Part shown: positions 48,116 through 61,942 of the stretch, piece after piece
Layout: each line of letters opens with the position of its first letter
Numbering within the stretch: position 1 is the stretch's first letter
NCBI RefSeq assembly: GCF_009914755.1
Contig: NC_060941.1
Origin: the human T2T-CHM13v2.0 reference genome, Homo sapiens
DNA: 64,000 nt
Strand: one strand, 5' to 3'
Position numbers and translations under genes: made by a program
Notes under the pieces: model-generated
The model's input: only the letters and a program-made list of their open reading frames with translations
The model's database searches: none
What the model was told of the DNA's origin: nothing

Positions 48116-48770
48116 AAATTCAGTGGTAGAATCTAGATATATCTCTTAATTCTCTACTTTGGATGTACATACTGTACATGATTTGTAAAAAAGCACAATA
48201 TATTTAAAATGAAAGGAAAATAAAGGAAGTAACTAACATTTCAAGTAGTTTGTAAATTAAAACATTTGCATTTTGGAGAACAGTACTATGGCCTTTCTGT
48301 ACCAGTTATCCTGAAATTCATGAAATAAATATACACAGATTCTGTACCCATTCACAAAAGTAAAGATAAGAAATAAGACAATTTTCTGGAACATTCTATT
48401 AAACATTATCCTATAATTTAATCTGGCTTGCCTCACCATGGCAATAGAGAAATCACTAAAAAAATACTACTTCACAGGAAAAAAAAAAGCCTCTCAACTT
48501 CTGTGAGGAATACTGAATAATTCCCAATTTTCCTAAGGATCTTTGGAAATGATCCTTATTTTTAAAATGTATGTACTTATGAGGAGAAAAGGACAGAATG
48601 AAAGCCAGAGGTTAAGAAACAAGTGTATTATAAAGATAATTAAATTGTAATAAAATGAATTATAATAAAAATACAAAAGAAAGCTATCCACTGCAATCAG
48701 TATCCTAAAACATCTGACATTATTTCACCACCTATAGATTAACTGTTGACATGTTATGTTTCATACAAAC

Positions 48771-48908
48771 TTCATTTCTGATTTGACCCAATTTCTTCTT
48801 TGAATCCTGTGTCTCATCTAAATTAATGTGACAACGTGAGGTAGCCTCTGACGTAGGTTGTTGTTTTAGGAGATTGGTCCATTCTTGTTGGAATTCTCTC
48901 ATAACTAC
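48771..48908 (-). pseudogene. CCDC144B: CCDC144/ANKRD26-like in-frame exon, 138 nt (VVMREFQQEWTNLLKQQPTSEATSRCHINLDETQDSKKKLGQIRNE)
   Basis: Acceptor ccttcacag|GTA and donor GAA|gtttgt; 46 open codons; resembles ANKRD26 VVVRQLQQE...KKKLGQIRNQ; absent from the ORF track. Confidence 0.75.
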
Positions 48909-49677
48909 CTGTGAAGGTATTTTTTGTTACTGATTTATAAATCACCTTATTATTAAATTATGGTAGTAAGATTTAACTCTAACTCATATACTTTGAAAAA
49001 CATCAACACATATATGATTCGCCTTCTTTTCCTCATGTGCACACATTCTTGTTTATTACTGAATTTAGTTAAGGACAAAGAAGGTGTTATCTTCCTGCCA
49101 AATCGGTTTTCTGTTAACTTAGGCAATAGATTCAGCCCACTACTCACTCTTCCCTGAAACATCTGCAGTGCTTAACAACCTACTGAAGTCTCAAAAAGAA
49201 TTTGATACGTGGGTGGGGCTGCTGGTGGTACATCCCACACTGGTAAAATGTTTTCCCTGTTTTTTATTAGAAGCTCAAATCAACCTCAGAGTTCCTTGCA
49301 TATTCAATTGCCTGCTCAGATCCTTCTAAAAGATTCCTATCTCACAATACAAGTAAAATTCCAATGGCCTTTGAGGCCCTAGGTAACCTGGCCTCTACCT
49401 CCCTCCTGATCTCAGCTCCTACAACTGTCTCACCGATTCAGTCCATTCCTGCTATATGTGAATCCTGCCACTTCTGATTAGTTTGAAAATGGGACTCAAT
49501 GCCAAACAAATAAATCACAGATAGCCACAGTTACCTTTGTACTATCAAAGTTATATCCGAATGATAGGCAGTGAGCCTTGAAATGAAAATTATGAGCAAA
49601 TTCTTTGTAAAAACATTCAAAGTAAATTATAAATACCAGTGGTAAGATTAAATGTAACATGGCTTTGCTGAAATTCA

Positions 49678-49905
<228 letters not shown>

Positions 49906-50487
49906 TTAAAGAATTGAGAGGTCATAACAAGTAATTTGAGACTGAAATCGTCTCAGATTTAAGACAAATTGATATGAATAAAAATAAAATTATACCAACT
50001 TAAATACATTACAAAATTACTGAAGGAAAAGTATTATGAGATACAGCAGTATACTTCAGTTCACCTGGGAAATCTGGAATTAACGGTCAAAGCAACCCTC
50101 CCCACTGAATCTTAATTTCAAAATACTCATGTCAGGTATGAGCATTTCTGTTTATCTGCTTCATCATGGTATTAAAACATGGCCACATAAAGGCATTGCA
50201 ATGATCATTTCAGCAGCATAAGACTACATCATGAGTATTAGTCTGTACCTATTAACACTGTAACTGAACTTGAAATTTCATAGGTGACACAATTTCTTTA
50301 TGCAAAGTAAAGCATCTTTCAGGTTTAACTTCTTTTTCACTGGTACATTTCTAGGCTGATACAGCAAATACATTTATGATCTATACATTTTATATTCAAC
50401 TAGATACAACATTTAGCCATAACCAAATATTACTTTACATTTTCTTTCAGGAAGGTTGAAAAATATTTTATCTTTCTTAATACTTAC

Positions 50488-51441
50488 TTTTCTTCCTGCT
50501 TTCTCTTTCTCACATTGATCCATTCTTTCTTTTAAATGATTATATTCATCCATCAGCTCCTTGTTCTTCTCTTGTAGTGAAAGAATCTGCTTTTCACTCT
50601 CAGCTTGAAGATTTTTGGCAGCAGAATGAAACTGGTCTTGGATAGTACTGCTTGTCTTTTCTTGACTGTTAGCTTTCTTGTGAGCATCATCCAGTTGCTG
50701 TCGAAGCAACGTATTTTCACTTTGTAGTTGAGATAATCTCTCCTCTACAGATTCCTGCTTGGCAATGTATTTCTTCAGTTTGCTTTGTTCAATTTGGTAC
50801 ATTTGTTCAGTTTCTTTCTTCTGACACTGTGTTTGGCTGAGGTCTCTTTGCACACGTTCCAAAATCAAACTCTCTCTTCCAAGAGCATCTCTTGTGTTAT
50901 GGAGCTGAATTTGTAGGCTGTTAATTTTACTTTCAGCATTAGAAAGTTTTTCAGAAAGAATCTCATTCTTAGCTTGTAGGCCAGACATATCAACCTTCAT
51001 TTTGTCATGTAAACGAACCCACTCTTGTCTTGTTCTCTGGAAATCAAGTTTTAGGTCTCTTGCTGTCTGACTTTGATCACAGTCACGTACAGCAGCAGCC
51101 AGTCTACAACGGTATGATTCCATTTCTATTTCTAGTCTTTCTTGGTTCTGTTTCCCATTCTCCAGTTCAGAATTGAGTATTTTGTTCTCAGCTGTCAGAT
51201 TGTTCAGCTGTCCACTGTACTGGAGTATTGTTTCTGTTAATGTTTCCTCATTTAGTTTTATAATTTTTTGAAGGTTATCATTCTTTTCTTTCACAGCCTC
51301 AATGTCCTCAAAATATTTCTTTTCCTTTTGCTTGTTCTGATTTTTTATTGTATCTATTTCCAGTCTCAGCAAGGCAATTTCTTCCTGCAACATGCAATTT
51401 TCATGAAAGAGATGCTTTTCTTTCTGATGCCTATGAGAAAT
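50488..51441 (-). pseudogene. CCDC144B: CCDC144 large coiled-coil exon, 954 nt (ISHRHQKEK...EKEKAGRK)
   Basis: Acceptor ctcacttag|ATT and donor AAA|gtaagt; 318 open codons; ORF 50413..51393. Confidence 0.92.
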
Positions 51442-51980
51442 CTAAGTGAGAAAGGAAACATTCAGTAGCACTCAATAAAATGACAGATTATGATTTTCTC
51501 TGAAATTAAATAACCTATACATGTATACAATGAAAAGATTGCCATAAGTGGATATCCAACTGGAAAAAAATATTCTATCGAAACTTCAAACCTCATAGAG
51601 CATAAATTCCCAAAACTTCATAAGTTTATTTGAAGACAATGAATCCATGAATGTAGAACATAAATAACTAGAGAAATTTTAAGCATCTCAGAATTGGAAA
51701 AGACGGTCTCCAAATTACAACAAACTCAAAGGCATTAAAGACTAATAAATTTGACTACATTAAAAAATTGGCTTTACACTCTGACATCTAACCTATACAC
51801 CACCCTATAGTAAAAGCTGTAGCTTTGCATATATCTGGACAGAGGAAATGTTCCAACGTTCTTGAAGTTCTTTTTTTCCTGAGAATATTCTATAGCTATT
51901 TATTTTTCTAACATTTTTATCATCAGTTATATAAGAATTACATTTATTCATAAATGCTAAATCTAAGCATTATATTAGGC

Positions 51981-52309
<329 letters not shown>

Positions 52310-52614
52310 TGAACTCATTTATATCACAATTCTGAAAGGAGAGGTCAAAAAATATGCAAGTTGCAGGATTTTCCCTAGGTCCCCTTACTTTACTTCTAGT
52401 GCTCTTCCACCAAACCACAATTACTTCTGTGTTGTGTATATATAAATATAAAAGAGGCTTATTTCAAAACACCAGTGGTAAAAAAAGAAGTTACAGAGCT
52501 TTTCTTAGAAAATCATGAGATTATCTGTTATTACAATAACTTAAGTTTCCTCTTTATAATGTCTGAAACAGAAATAAGCATGAAACAGGGTGAAATACAC
52601 TGAACTATTTTTCT

Positions 52615-52882
52615 TTTCTTTTTTTTTTTTTTTTTTTGAGACGGAGTCTCACACTGTTACCCAGGCTGGAGGGCAGTGGCCCAATTTTGGCTGCCTGCAA
52701 GCTCCGCCACCCAGGGTTCACGCCATTCTCCTGCCTCAGCCTCCCGAGTAGCTGGGACTACAGGTTCCCGCCACCACGCCTGGCTAATTTTTTTTGTATT
52801 TTTAGTAGAGATGGGGTTTCACCGCGTTAGCCAGGATGGTCTTGATCTCCTGACCTCGTGATCCACCCGCCTCAGTCTCCCA
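52615..52882 (-). mobile_element. AluY, 5'-truncated
   Basis: AluY diagnostics; TSD acactgaactatttttct. Confidence 0.9.
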
Positions 52883-53345
52883 CACACTGAACTATTTTTC
52901 TAAGAAAAAACACTTACCAATAAATTATCACCAAGTTTATATTATGGCATATCATTGTTTTCAAAGCTCTTTGCACTGAAATGAGACGCTACTTGGAGCA
53001 AACTGTTACTCTCCTCAAAAGTAAGGGAAACGGCATCTGAAGTACGGCCTCTGAACTGGCTATACATTTCATCCTTACTGCAAGTGGAAATAATAATCTA
53101 ACCTCTCCATTAATATATTAGGAAAATGAAATAATGTCTGAAAACTAGAACGTCTGTTGTTAGTAGCAAGGATTTTGAGATTGTGGAAAGATCATTAATT
53201 CTATGAAAAATAACAAATGTTTCTCCTTTGGATAAGGCCATTGTGAATGTCACTACTTGACTCTTGCAAACAAATGGAGTTGAATTAAGAACATGACTTT
53301 ATTCAATGAGCCAAAAATGCCAGAACCACCATCACCACCCCCAAA

Positions 53346-53351
<6 letters not shown>

Positions 53352-53386
<35 letters not shown>
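53352..53386. repeat. (TG)n microsatellite, about 17 units
   Basis: Directly visible. Confidence 0.95.
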
Positions 53387-53388
<2 letters not shown>

Positions 53389-53484
53389 TTAAAAAATCCA
53401 TTGTACTTTCCAAGTTGCACAGAGTTGTTTCTTAAAAATATATTCACATACAAAAATATATTTGAAAATGACTAAAGAAAATAC

Positions 53485-53613
53485 CTCAGAATTCATTTTC
53501 TTTTGAGCCATTTCTAGTTCCTTTTGTTTACTTGTCAGAATCTGATCTTGTAATATTCTGGCATCCTGTTCTTCAGAAAGTTGCTTCTGGGCATCGTTTC
53601 TCTCCTGCACAAC
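53485..53613 (-). pseudogene. CCDC144B: CCDC144 exon, 129 nt ([16 protein letters not shown]...KKMNSE)
   Basis: Acceptor tctctag|GTT and donor GAG|gtattt; 43 codons; ORF 53389..53610. Confidence 0.88.
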
Positions 53614-54167
53614 CTAGAGATAACATGGAGGTTTTGGTCTAATAGCACTGAAAAAGAAAATCTAAAAGGTTAAGAGCAGAGCCTCTCTTATAAAACGGTT
53701 AAAAAGAAGTAGCCTGTTAAAACACAAGAACTTTTATCCCTCAAGAATCACTCAAATCTTAATTGCATACATGACAGCTCAATCTGTCAAAGAGGAAAAA
53801 CAGTTCTTAACTACAGGAAGATACAGCATTGTGAAATAAAATTTCTTTCAAAACATTTAACTAGTGTCCTTATAGTTTCAAAGCTATTTAGCCTGTATTT
53901 TAACATAAAAAATGTGTAAATGAACAGCTATATTAGTGATTAAACTCAACTTATCCTCCACTCTAAAAACACAGACTGAGCATCTATTAGATGACAAGGT
54001 TTACAGTAAATAATTTTATCTATAAATGTCATAGTTCATTCTTAAGAGGAAATAACAGTTTTGGTTTATTTTAAACCTAAATGATATACATGAAGGCAAA
54101 AAATTATAAGTAATACCGATGAAACATAAAGTTAGAAAAATGAAGTTTACACCAAAGATTAATTTAC

Positions 54168-54350
54168 CAGATCCAAGTTATTTCTTACTGTCCTCAATTC
54201 CTTAACAAGTCTTCTCAGATTCCATTTAAGTTGTTGCTTTGTTTCAACCACTTTCCCACACTCCTCTTCTTTTATTCTTAACTGTTCACTATCTTTATTA
54301 TACAACATATCGGCATTTCTTTTCTCCCATTTTCTTGTTTTAAGGCAAGT
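54168..54350 (-). pseudogene. CCDC144B: CCDC144 exon, 183 nt, with a -1 frameshift and premature TAA at 54278-54280
   Basis: Acceptor taactgcag|A and donor CTG|gtaaat. Reads LALKQEN, then the conserved [21 protein letters not shown] peptide continues in a different frame. Confidence 0.85.
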
Positions 54351-56004
54351 CTGCAGTTAAACATGGATTACATTAAAATGTGTTTTGTTAAAAAATAAAA
54401 AAGTTTATTCTGTGATCTGGCTCTTCCCATGTGGGTTTATTATCCTCATAAAAACTCCTATGCTCTTGTTTCCTTTCTAGTTCTCATGTTTTTAATTTCT
54501 CACTTTGATCTCTTCCAAGGGACATATATATTTGAGAGGTAGTGAGGAAAGAAATATTCCATTAACTGGTAAGTTTCTGTTACTAGTAACCCTGGTAAAT
54601 ATTATGGAAAAGCATATTTGAAATTTTTCAGTAAAGTTACAAGTTGAAAATTACTTCTTTTTCACGTTATGCAAGTTGAAAATTAATTAGATCATTTAGA
54701 GTTAATTTAAAAGAAGTTACTGTTTACAAACAAGTTTAGAAATTCACTAGAAATGCATTTTCATCTTCATGAAATAGTGTATGTGTAGTCATAAAAATGA
54801 TTTACAGTGTAAGATAACACCTTCAGATGTCATTCACACACCATGTATCTGCAGATTACTACAATCCAAGACTAGGCTAAGCTGTCTATAACTGTTACCC
54901 CATCCTTTTTATGTTTCTCTTCTGGGTAACACTTTCAACTTATCTTCTTGATTCTTAAGTATTTCATCACCAATTTTAAAATCCCTTTTTGGAACAAGAC
55001 AGGATCTAATATTTAATTTAAAAGTAAAGGATAATATGTGTTTCAACAATGAGTTTGGAATTAATTTTATCTGCATATGAGAGATATGTAATAAAATAAT
55101 CATCAATTACTGTCCATTTTACTTAGTTCGTGCATATTTAGAATAAAACTGGGAAGTCCTAGCCAGAGCAATCAGGTAAGAGAAATAAAGGGCATCCAAA
55201 TTGGAAAAGACAAAGTCAAACTATCTCTGTTTTAGCTTAGAAAACCCTAAAGACTCCTAGATTTAATCAATGAAATCAGTAAAAGTCTCATGTTACAAAA
55301 TCAATGTACACAAATCAGGAGCACTAGTAAACATCAAGAATGACCAAGGTGAGAATCTAATCAAGAACCTAATCCCTTTTACAACAGCTGCAACAACAAC
55401 AACAACAACAAAAACCTAGGAATATACTTAACCAAGGAGGTGAAAGATCTCTAAAAGGAGAATTAGAAAGCACTGCTGAAGGAAATCATAGATGACACAA
55501 ACAAATGGAAATATGCCCTATGTTCATAGATTAGAAGAATCAATATAGTGAAAATGATCATATTAACCAAAGCAATCTACAGATTCCATGCAATTCCTAT
55601 TAACATACCACTGTCATTCTTCACAGAATTAGAGAAAGTACCCCTAAAATTCACAGGGAATCAAAAACGAGCCTGAATAGCCAAAGCAATCCCAAGCAAA
55701 AAGAACGAAGCCAGAGACATCACATTACCAGATCTAAAACCATATGACAAGGCTAAAGTAACCAAAACAGCATGGTACTTGTATAAAAGTACATACGTAG
55801 ACCAATGGAACAGAATAGAGAACCTAGAAATAAAGCCAAATATGTATAACCAACTGACCTTTCACAAAGCGTACAAAGACATAAACTGGGCAAAGAACAC
55901 CCTATTCAATAAATGGTGTTGGGAAAATTGAATAGCCACATGTAGAAGAATGAAACTGGATCCCTATCTCTCACCATATATAAAAATTAACTCAAGATGG
56001 ATTA

Positions 56005-56138
56005 GGCCTAACATGTGGCTCACATCTGTAATCCCGGTACTTTGGGAGGCCAAGGCAGGAGAATGACTTGAGCCCAGAAGTTTGAGACCAGCCTGGGCAA
56101 CATAATGAGACCTCATCTCTACCAAAAAAAAAAAAAAA
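56005..56138 (+). mobile_element. FLAM/Alu left monomer with A15
   Basis: Alu monomer sequence. Confidence 0.8.
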
Positions 56139-56142
<4 letters not shown>

Positions 56143-56185
<43 letters not shown>

Positions 56186-56281
56186 AATTACCTACTGAGG
56201 TACAATATGTACTACTCAGGTGATGGGCGCACTAAAATCCCAGAGTTCACCACCATACAATTCATCCATTTAACCAAAAAC

Positions 56282-56365
<84 letters not shown>
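56143..56365. repeat. Two (TA)n tracts (56143-56180 and 56286-56333) plus poly-T, enclosing a 103-bp L1 3' UTR copy
   Basis: Directly visible. Confidence 0.9.
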
Positions 56366-56366
<1 letters not shown>

Positions 56367-56680
56367 AGACAGAGTCTCGCTCTGTCACCCAGGCTGGAGT
56401 GCAGTGACACGGAGGCCAAGGTGGGAGAATCACCTGAGGTCGGGAGTTCAAGACCAGCCTGACCAACATGGAGAAACCTTGTCTTACTAAAAATACAAAA
56501 TTAGCCAGGCGTGGTGGCAATGCCTTTAATCACAGCTACTCAGGAGGCTGAGGCAGGAGAATAGCTTGAACCCGGGAGGCAGAGGTAGCCATGAGCCGTG
56601 ATCACGCCATTATATTCCAGCCTGGGCAACAAGAGTGAAACTCTGCCTCAAAAAAAAAAGAAAAGAAAAGAAAAGAAAAG
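56366..56680. mobile_element. Antisense Alu 3' fragment (56366-56410) fused to a sense 5'-truncated AluSp (56411-56680)
   Basis: gagacagagtctcgctctgtc... then ggaggccaagg...cctgaccaacatggagaaacc. Confidence 0.85.
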
Positions 56681-57895
56681 GCTTCTGCACAGCAAAAGAA
56701 ATAATCATCAGAGTAAGAGAACCTACAGAATAGGAGAAAATATTTGCAAACTATGCATCTGACAAAGGACAAACAAATCAGCAAGAAAATGCAAATAATC
56801 CCATCAAAAAGTACACAAATGACATGAACAAACATTTTTCAAAAGAAGATGCACAAATGGCCAACAAACATATTTAAAAATGCTCAACAGCACTAATATT
56901 CACGGAAATACAAACTAAAACAACAAGGAGATATCACCTTACTCCAGCCAGAATGCTCATTATTAAAAAGTCAAAAAACAATAGATGTTGGTGCAGCTGT
57001 GGTGAAAAGGAAATGCTTATACACTGCTGGTGGAAATGTAAATTAGTACAACCTCTGTGAAAAACAGTAGACAGATTTCTCAAACAACTAAAATAGAGCT
57101 ACCATTCAATCCAACAATCCCCTACTGGGTATCTACCCAAAGGAAAAGAAATCATTATATCAAAAAAAAACACCTGCAAACGTATGTCTATTGCAGCACA
57201 TTTCACAATTGCGAAGATACGGAATCAACCTAAGGGTCCATCAACCAATGAATGGAATAAATAATATGTGGTATATATATGTCATGGAGTACTACTCAGC
57301 CATAAGAAGAATGAAATAAATGTCTTTTGCAGCAACTTGGAAGGGACTGGAGGCCATTATTCTAAGTGAACTAACTCAGGAATGGAAAGCCAAATAAAAC
57401 CACATTCTCACTCATAATAGGGAGTTAAGCTATGGGTGCACAAATGCAGACAGAGTAGTATAATGGACATCGGAGAATCAGAAGTGGGAGAGTGTGGGAG
57501 GAGGATGAGGGATGAGAAACTACCTACTGAGGTACAATGTGTACTACTCGGGTGATAGGCACACTAAAATCCCAGACTTCACCACCATACAATTCATCCA
57601 TTTAACCGAAAACCACTTGTATACCTAAAGCTATGAAATTAAAAAAAAAGTTTTCAAAAACAATAAAACTGTATAAATTTTTTGAAAATTACTTTGGGTT
57701 TAGAAAAGTGACCAGTTCATGCTCTGTTGCTTGAACTATAAATTAACACAAACATTCTTGTGAAAAATTAAGAAATATTGATCAAAGGTCTTTTTAAAAA
57801 GTTCCTATATTTCAACCAATAATTCTATATTGGAGAATTTATTCAAAGCAAACCGTTTAGGAATGTAGAAAAACATTTATATAAAAAATGTTCTG

Positions 57896-58170
57896 GGCTG
57901 GGCATGATGGCTCATGTCTGTCATACTAATGATTTGGGAGGCCAATTTTGCAGAAGGAATGCTTGAGGTTGGGAATTGGAGATCATCCTGAGCAACATAG
58001 TGATACCCCGTCTCTACAAAACACTTAAAAAGTTAGCCAAGCATGAGAATGTGCACCTGGAGTCCCAACTACTTAGGACGCTGAGGCAGGAGGATGGAGT
58101 TCAAGGCTGCAGGGAGATATGATCACACCAGTGAACTCCAGTCCCAGGCACAGAGACCCTGTATCTACAA
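57896..58170 (+). mobile_element. AluJ, highly diverged
   Basis: Dimeric Alu motifs. Confidence 0.7.
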
Positions 58171-58494
58171 ATAATAGTAACGATAAAAGATGTTCCTTAC
58201 ATCATTAATTATAAATACAAGATAATTTTAAAACCCAAATTACAATTTGTTAAATGAATAACAAGATTTTATATGGTGGACTTCTATATGGCCATTTAGA
58301 TTGCAAAGAATATACATTTATTTATTAGAAGAGTTCACAGTTAATAATTTGTTTTATTATTTCCAAGAATTTCATATTCCACAAGACCAAAAAGGTTTCT
58401 CCCCCATTAATCTGCAGAAGGTAAGTCAGCAGTTACAAAAATTCTGATATATTGTCTTTAGTATAAATATTTCTTTAGAACTAGAACATCATAC

Positions 58495-58708
58495 CTCAAA
58501 TCGTACAGCTCTTTCTCCCATTCAATTTTTTGAAGTTCTAACTGTAATTTTGTCTTTTTTGTTTCAGATAGCTCATTTTGTAGTACACTGACCATATTTT
58601 CCATTTGTTTAAGTTTTACTGTAAGTTGGTCACAGTGATTATTCTTAAGTTTCAGTAAGTGTTCACACAAACAAAATGTGTCTTGGATTCTTGGTAGGCT
58701 AGCAGAAT
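58495..58708 (-). pseudogene. CCDC144B: CCDC144 exon, 214 nt (DSASLPRIQDTFCLCEHLLKLK...ELYDLR); open, upstream of the first frameshift
   Basis: Acceptor tccctgacacag|AT and donor AG|gtatga; overlaps ORF 58458..58670. Confidence 0.85.
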
Positions 58709-58789
58709 CTGTGTCAGGGAGAAAAGGTAGAAATAAAATATATGAGTACTTTTAGGTATTAAAAAACTGTGCATTTTTAACATTGTCTC

Positions 58790-59120
58790 CTTCATACATT
58801 GAACAAATATGCACTGAGTGCCTACAAAGTGGGAGACATTCTACTAAGCTCTGCAGATAAAACAGATAAGACCTCTACTCTCATTTAGCCTTAAGTGAAG
58901 TGAGGAACAAACACAACAAAAATGACAATTATAAATTCAGATATATGGTGTAAGAAAACAGAGTTCTATGATCACACAGAAGAATTTGATCTATAATGGG
59001 CCCAGGGAAGATTTCCCTGAGGAAGAGATGGCTACACTGAGAAATGAAGGGTGAGAAGGAAGCAGTTAAGCAAAGGGGTAGAAAAGCATTCTTGCCAGTC
59101 GACAGCAGGTGCTGAAGCTC
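58790..59120 (-). mobile_element. L2 fragment
   Basis: cattgaacaaatatgcactgagtgcctac...cagggaagatttccctgaggaag. Confidence 0.6.
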
Positions 59121-59823
59121 TGCTGGAATCTGCTTCTGGCCACAATGGACAGCAAGTACTGATTTACCTTCTTGCCTGAAACAACCAAAAAGAAAACAGA
59201 CAAAATATATTATACAATGATTTACCAGGCAGTGGACTTCAGGTAATGAAGACAATGATCCCCGTAAGACAGGAAACAAAGGAAATTCATCCAACACTCC
59301 AGCTCCCTGCCTTCACGGAGTTTCCAGGCTACCGCACAGAGAGAAAAAACTGACATAGAGTCCACCAGATTCCCTGAGATGAGATGATGAAGCTGAGAGT
59401 CTGGTAAAGCCAAGGCAGACAGAGATCACGAAACAGAACACCGGAAAGGAGACAGAGTACAGGGAAAGAACACTGAAGATTTGCAAAAATACCTCCTGGG
59501 TATCTAGCAGAGTAACAAACAGCACATGTGTGCCAGAAAAACCGCCCCAGATCAAGGGGAAAAAAACATCTAAAAAACACTGGAAAGAAACATGTCTGGT
59601 GTTCACGATGTGCCAAAAAGAGTGTCCATTCCCATGAGTGATGCTGGGAAAACTCAGACTTCGCATGGCAATGAATAGAGTCATCACAAAGATCTTGCCT
59701 CAGGAGCAGGAAATTAGACCAAATCATAAAAGCAAGATCAGAAAGATCAAGCTGTTCATATGGAACTCAACTGTATATTAAAATTAAGCTCAAGCAGACA
59801 GGCAGAGGCATGGAAGATTTTTC

Positions 59824-60140
<317 letters not shown>

Positions 60141-60444
60141 GGAAGATTTTTCTTTAAAGCAAACTACACTTGTAGAGATTCAAATTACAGTGTCAGGAAT
60201 GAAAGCTAAAATGGATGGAAGTGAACACAGATTAGACATCACCAAAGAGAAGATTCATAAATTTGAGACATCAGTGAACTATGAGAAAACTTCAAGGAGG
60301 AATAAGTCCCCAAAGAGGGAAAAAGAGAGACAGAAAAATAAAAAAAGAATGGCCAAAACTTTCTAAATGTAAAGAAAACTATAATCCTACAAATCCAGAA
60401 GTATCTGGCTGGGAGAGAGGAAATGAAAGTATACTATTCCAATT

Positions 60445-60712
60445 TTCTTTTTTAAAAAATTTCAATAGCTTTTGGGGTAACAGGTGGTCCTTGGTTACAT
60501 GAATAAGTTCTTTAGTGGTGGTTTCTGAGATTTTGGCGCACCCATCACCCAAGCAGCATACACTGGATCCAATCCGTAGTCTTTTGTCCCTCACCCCCCT
60601 CCCACTCTTTCCCCACAAGTCCCCAACCTGTATCATTTTTATGCCCCTGCATCCTCATAGCATAGCTCCCACTTACAAGTGAGAACATACAATGTTTGGG
60701 TTTTCATTCATA
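60445..60712 (-). mobile_element. L1PB1-like 3' end fragment
   Basis: Closely resembles 5240-5500. Confidence 0.8.
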
Positions 60713-61268
60713 ATTTTCTTATGCCATATATGATATGCCATAATATTTTTTGAAGATGGACTGTGATGTTAAAATCATATACTATAAATTGTAGTGCAAC
60801 TGCTAAGATAGAAAAAAATAGTTATCACTAATAAGCCATAAAAGGGAGATAAAAATAAATCATAAAAATTACTGGACTAATTGAGAAGAAAGCAGAAAAA
60901 GAAGAGAACAAAGAACTGGGGGGACCAGTGGAAATCAAACAGCTTGATGACAGACAAATTTCACTGTATCAATAAGCACATTATAAATGGAACTGGCCTA
61001 AAAGTCTCAATTAAAAGGCAGATTGTCAGACTGGATAAAAAGGCAAGAACCTACTCCATGCTTCCTATTAAAAAAAGCACTTTAAATGTAAAAACATAAA
61101 TTGTTCAAAAGAATGGAAAAAGATATACCAGGCTAAGAGTTGACAAAAGAAGCCTGAGAAGAAATGGCTATGTTAATACCAAAGTAGATTTCACACCAAA
61201 AAAAAAAAAAAAAAAATTACCAGCTATAAACAGTCATTTCCTAATGACTTTTAAAAGTTCAGTTAATC

Positions 61269-61416
61269 GGCTGGGCGCAGTGGCTCATGCCTGTAATCCT
61301 AGCACTTTGGGAGGCCGAGGCAGGTGGATCACGAGGTCAGGAGATTGAGACCATCCTGGCTAACATGGTGAAACCCCGTCTCTACTAAAAATACCAAAAA
61401 AAAAAAAAAAAAAAAA
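61269..61416 (+). mobile_element. Alu left arm only, ending in an A tract
   Basis: TSD ttcagttaatc. Confidence 0.85.
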
Positions 61417-61673
61417 TTCAGTTAATCAAGAACGTGTAATCTCAAATGTTTGTGCACCTAATAACAGCTTCAAAATATATGAGGCAAAAATCAATAGATG
61501 AAATAGACAAATTCACAAGTACATCTGAGATTTGAATATCACTTACTCAATAAGTGATAAAACAAGGGAGCTGCAAATCAGCAAGAATGGAGCACACTTG
61601 AACAACACCATGCTTCTCAAGTACCCAGTGAGCACTTACCAAACAGACCACATTCTAGGTTCTGCAATCAATC

Positions 61674-61942
61674 TTTTTTTTTTTTTTTGAGACGGAGTCT
61701 CGCTCTGTCGCCCAGGCTGGAGTGCAGTGGCGGGATCTCGGCTCACTGCAAGCTCCGCCTCCCAGGTTCACGCCATTCTCCTGCTTCAGCCTGCCACCAC
61801 GCCCTGCTAATTTTTTGTATTTTTAGTAGAGACAGAGTTTCACCGTATTGGTCAGGATGGTCTCGATCTCCTGACCTCGTGATCCATCCGCCTCAGCCTC
61901 CCAAAGTGCTGGGATTACAGGCGTGAGCCACTGCACCCGGCC
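61674..61942 (-). mobile_element. AluY/Sc with a short internal deletion
   Basis: TSD ctgcaatcaatctt. Confidence 0.88.

Larger units (their letters stand above)
55149..57650 (+). mobile_element. L1PB-type 3' fragment, interrupted at 56005-56680
   Basis: ORF2 RT/C-terminal nucleotide motifs and L1PB 3' UTR. Confidence 0.8.

Noticed and set aside
48257-48439. Minus-strand ORF next to the 138-nt exon as a further exon
   Set aside because: No convincing family similarity or splice donor.
56105-56520. Low-complexity (YI)n ORFs, or a CRISPR-like repeat-spacer pattern
   Set aside because: Translation of (TA)n and poly-T; only two simple-repeat tracts in eukaryotic DNA, with no array.
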